The notes under the pieces: model-generated
Database searches by the model: none
Seen by the model: the letters and a program-made list of their open reading frames with translations, nothing else
Told to the model about the DNA's origin: nothing
NCBI GenBank assembly: GCA_045632345.1
Contig: JAZQWM010000082.1
Span: 147,686 to 211,685 of the forward strand
From: Eubacteriales bacterium
Lineage (GTDB): Bacteria; Bacillota; Clostridia; Oscillospirales; CAG-272
DNA: 64,000 nucleotides
Direction: 5' to 3'
Translations under genes and position numbers: made by a program
In this document: positions 61,550 to 64,000 of the stretch, piece by piece
Layout of the letters: each line of letters starts with the position of its first letter
Position numbering within the stretch: the first letter of the stretch is position 1

Positions 61550-62518
61550 ATGAAGCCTAAAAGTATTAATTCATTAATGGCACATATGCGAGATGTAAAG
61601 CATATTCAAATAGAAGGAAGTATTCAAAAGAAAAAGCTAAGGCATATTGGATATTTCCACGGATACAAAGGATATCGTTATTGTAATTCTCCAAGTGTTC
61701 TTTTACCATATAATAATTTCAATGAGTTACAAGCAGTATACGATTTCGATATGAAAGTGAAATCTATACTTTATCCACAAATAATGTCGCTTGAAACAGC
61801 TTTAAAAAATTATGTACTTGAAGAAATTTTAACTGATGCGAACAGCAATAGATTTGCTGATGTTTACAGCAAATTAATGAAAGACTACAAAACTTATCCT
61901 ATCGGGAGCAAAGATTATAAAGATTCAATAACTAGACGAATGAATGTTCGCAACAAGATTTATAGCGTAATTTCTCGCGACTATGGCAAAAACAACATTA
62001 TCGCCCACTATTACGACAAAGATGAACCCGTGCCAATTTGGGCAATATTCGAACTAATAAGTTTAGGAGAGTTTGGAAATTTCATTTCGTGTTTAAATCT
62101 AAAAACAAGGTTAAATATTTCAAAATCTGTAGGAATTATTTCTAGTATAGACGGAGATGGAAAAATGCTTGAAACGATCGTTTATGCAATTAAAGATTTG
62201 AGAAATTCCATAGCACATAACAATATAATTTTTGACAACAGATTCAAGACTGGAAAGATTAACTCTCGCATTTCTAATTATATTTCTAAAGAAACGGGAA
62301 TTGCAAATATTACGTTTCAAACAATTGTTGACTACATAATTTTATTGTCTTTTTTGATGAAACTATTAAAATATAATAAATCAGATATACTTCCATTTAT
62401 TACACAATTTGAAGAAGCGTGTGAAGATTTGAGGGGAAAAATCCCAGTGAATATTTTTTCGAAAATTGTATATACTGATACTAGAGTAAAACTAAGTACA
62501 ATGAAAAAATACTTGTAA
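61550..62518 (+). CDS. Abi family (AbiD/AbiF-like, Abi_2) HEPN protein
   Basis: IGYF, YDFD..K, ETALK, PIWAIFELISLGEF, HEPN motif RNSIAH; own TTGAAA-17-TAGAAT promoter near 61490. Confidence 0.85.
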   Translation: MKPKSINSLMAHMRDVKHIQIEGSIQKKKLRHIGYFHGYKGYRYCNSPSVLLPYNNFNELQAVYDFDMKVKSILYPQIMSLETALKNYVLEEILTDANSNRFADVYSKLMKDYKTYPIGSKDYKDSITRRMNVRNKIYSVISRDYGKNNIIAHYYDKDEPVPIWAIFELISLGEFGNFISCLNLKTRLNISKSVGIISSIDGDGKMLETIVYAIKDLRNSIAHNNIIFDNRFKTGKINSRISNYISKETGIANITFQTIVDYIILLSFLMKLLKYNKSDILPFITQFEEACEDLRGKIPVNIFSKIVYTDTRVKLSTMKKYL

Positions 62519-62566
62519 TTTTTGCAAAGTACTTGATTTTATCTCCATATTGTGTTACAATATAAC

Positions 62567-62630
62567 ACAGAATAGCGGCGGACGTCTGCGGACTAAGCCT
62601 AAGAGAGTCGGATGCGTCCGGCTCTCTTTT
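62567..62630 (+). ncRNA. Candidate small RNA (putative AbiF antitoxin)
   Basis: TTGATT-17-TACAAT promoter (62533-62561); GC-rich ~63 nt ending in the AGAGAGTCGGA/TCCGGCTCTCT-TTT terminator; no ORF. Confidence 0.65.
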
Positions 62631-62808
62631 CATTGTCAAATCGCACTTGCTTTACTGAACACTATCTGCATGTGTGAGAAGTTATACGGCACTAATTTGA
62701 TAAATTATAATTAAACACTTGTATTTGATTTTAAAAAATGTTAAAATATGCTTATAGATAATGCCAGCAACTGAAAATGCATGATGCTACAACTTGAAGG
62801 AGTAAAAA

Positions 62809-63717
62809 AAGAGTGTTCCCGGTTATCAAGAATTTATGTTTCCTATATTAAAATTGTTATATGACGGAAAACTATATCGCAAAAAAGAGATTTTTGAACA
62901 AATGGCAGTTTCCTTTAACTTAACTATGGAGCAAATGGATGAAAGACTGCCATCACAATCAGAACCAACTTACATAAACAGAGTCGGTTGGGCGCTTACT
63001 TATATGAAGAAAGCAGGATTAGTGGAAAGTCCTGTTAGAGCTTGCTTTGCTATTACTGATGAAGGAAAGAAAATAGTAGATAATAACATTACAAATCTAA
63101 ACACAAAATATCTAAGAAAGTATCCGTCTTTTTTAGAATTTCAAAAAATATCTCACAACACAACAACTAAAAATGTAGATGTTGAAAAAGATAGCGAAAC
63201 CCCTTTTGAAAAAATAGTTTCATATAATGCGGTTATCAAAAAATCAATTTGTGATGACCTTTTAAATAAAATATTAGAGCAATCCCCTTACTTCTTCGAA
63301 CAATTGGTAGTAGATTTGCTTGTTTCTATGGGCTATGGAGGAAATATCGAAGATGCCGGAAAAGCTACTAAAAAGTCCGGAGATGAAGGGATTGATGGTT
63401 TAATAAAAGAAGACAAGCTTGGTCTCGACACAATATACATACAAGCAAAAAGATATAAAAAAGAAAACCTTGTTGGAAGACCGACTATACAACAATTTAT
63501 AGGTGCACTTCAATTAAAGGGGGCACGAAAAGGCATTTTGATAACAACATCAGACTTTACCAAAGAAGCGATTGAAGCGGTTTCATATAGTACAACAGTA
63601 TCTATTGTTTTAATAAACGGTACTAAACTTGTTGACTTGATGTACGAACACAACATCGGTGTAGGTTTGGAAAAAATAATCGAAATCAAAAAAATCGACA
63701 ACGATTATTTTGAATAA
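62809..63717 (+). CDS. mrr: Mrr-family type IV restriction endonuclease; expected start codon reads AAG
   Basis: SVPGYQEFMFPIL, NRVGWALTYM, FEQLVVDLL..MGYG, GDEGIDG, IQAKRY, ITTSDF. Confidence 0.88.
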   Translation, partial: KSVPGYQEFMFPILKLLYDGKLYRKKEIFEQMAVSFNLTMEQMDERLPSQSEPTYINRVGWALTYMKKAGLVESPVRACFAITDEGKKIVDNNITNLNTKYLRKYPSFLEFQKISHNTTTKNVDVEKDSETPFEKIVSYNAVIKKSICDDLLNKILEQSPYFFEQLVVDLLVSMGYGGNIEDAGKATKKSGDEGIDGLIKEDKLGLDTIYIQAKRYKKENLVGRPTIQQFIGALQLKGARKGILITTSDFTKEAIEAVSYSTTVSIVLINGTKLVDLMYEHNIGVGLEKIIEIKKIDNDYFE

Positions 63718-63822
63718 TAGAGTATAAGTTTAAACAAGTAAAATAGTTTTATAAAGAGAGACTTAGGCGAAAGCTAAGCCATCGCCTGTGGGCGATGGCT
63801 TTTGTCTTTGAAAGGAGAATTT

Positions 63823-64000
63823 ATGAAAAAGGTGCTTATATTAGCGGTTGCTTTAATTCTATGCTTTGCGCTTATTGGCTGCGGCAAGGAAACAGACAAG
63901 GCTAAAGAAACGGCAGAAGGCTTTCTTTCAAGCGTAGCATCAGGCGACTTTGAAAACGCAAAGACGTATTTGCATCCGGACAGAGCAATCAATATAGAAA
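63823..64000 (+). CDS. Lipoprotein, truncated by window end
   Basis: AAAGGAG RBS; MKKVLILAVALILCFALIGC lipobox. Confidence 0.75.
   Translation, partial: MKKVLILAVALILCFALIGCGKETDKAKETAEGFLSSVASGDFENAKTYLHPDRAINIE

Overview
This 64-kb window is chromosomal DNA from a low-GC Firmicute (Clostridia-like, inferred). It is probably origin-proximal, since it carries a noc-like/parA/parB locus with four parS palindromes. The backbone is housekeeping: cysK, copA, ddl, murD, three M42 peptidases, iscS, proX, rimP-nusA-ylxR-ylxQ-infB, cysS, dusB, perR-rubrerythrin, tRNA-Arg and tRNA-Thr. The most notable signal is a phage-derived, head-only module (replication initiator, large terminase, portal, scaffold, major capsid; 47.9-54.6 kb). 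No integrase, small terminase, tail or lysis gene is recognisable nearby, and an orphan RinA/ArpU-type activator lies 13 kb away. A non-sigmaA promoter motif (TACCGGTCAGT[C/A]CCGG-T7-N4-[T/A]ATAAT) occurs three times, and host repeats sit in-frame inside the initiator. Together these suggest a domesticated, dispersed gene-transfer-agent-like system, although a decaying prophage is not excluded. Other accessory elements are an AbiF-like HEPN gene with a separately promoted ~63-nt downstream RNA, an Mrr nuclease, a type I toxin-antitoxin locus, a disrupted GrpE-like plus two Hsp70-like module, tRNA-linked tandem repeats, and a REP/MITE-like family whose 11 core-bearing copies all follow the direction of local transcription. 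Protein family calls come from motif recognition by eye, not database searches.
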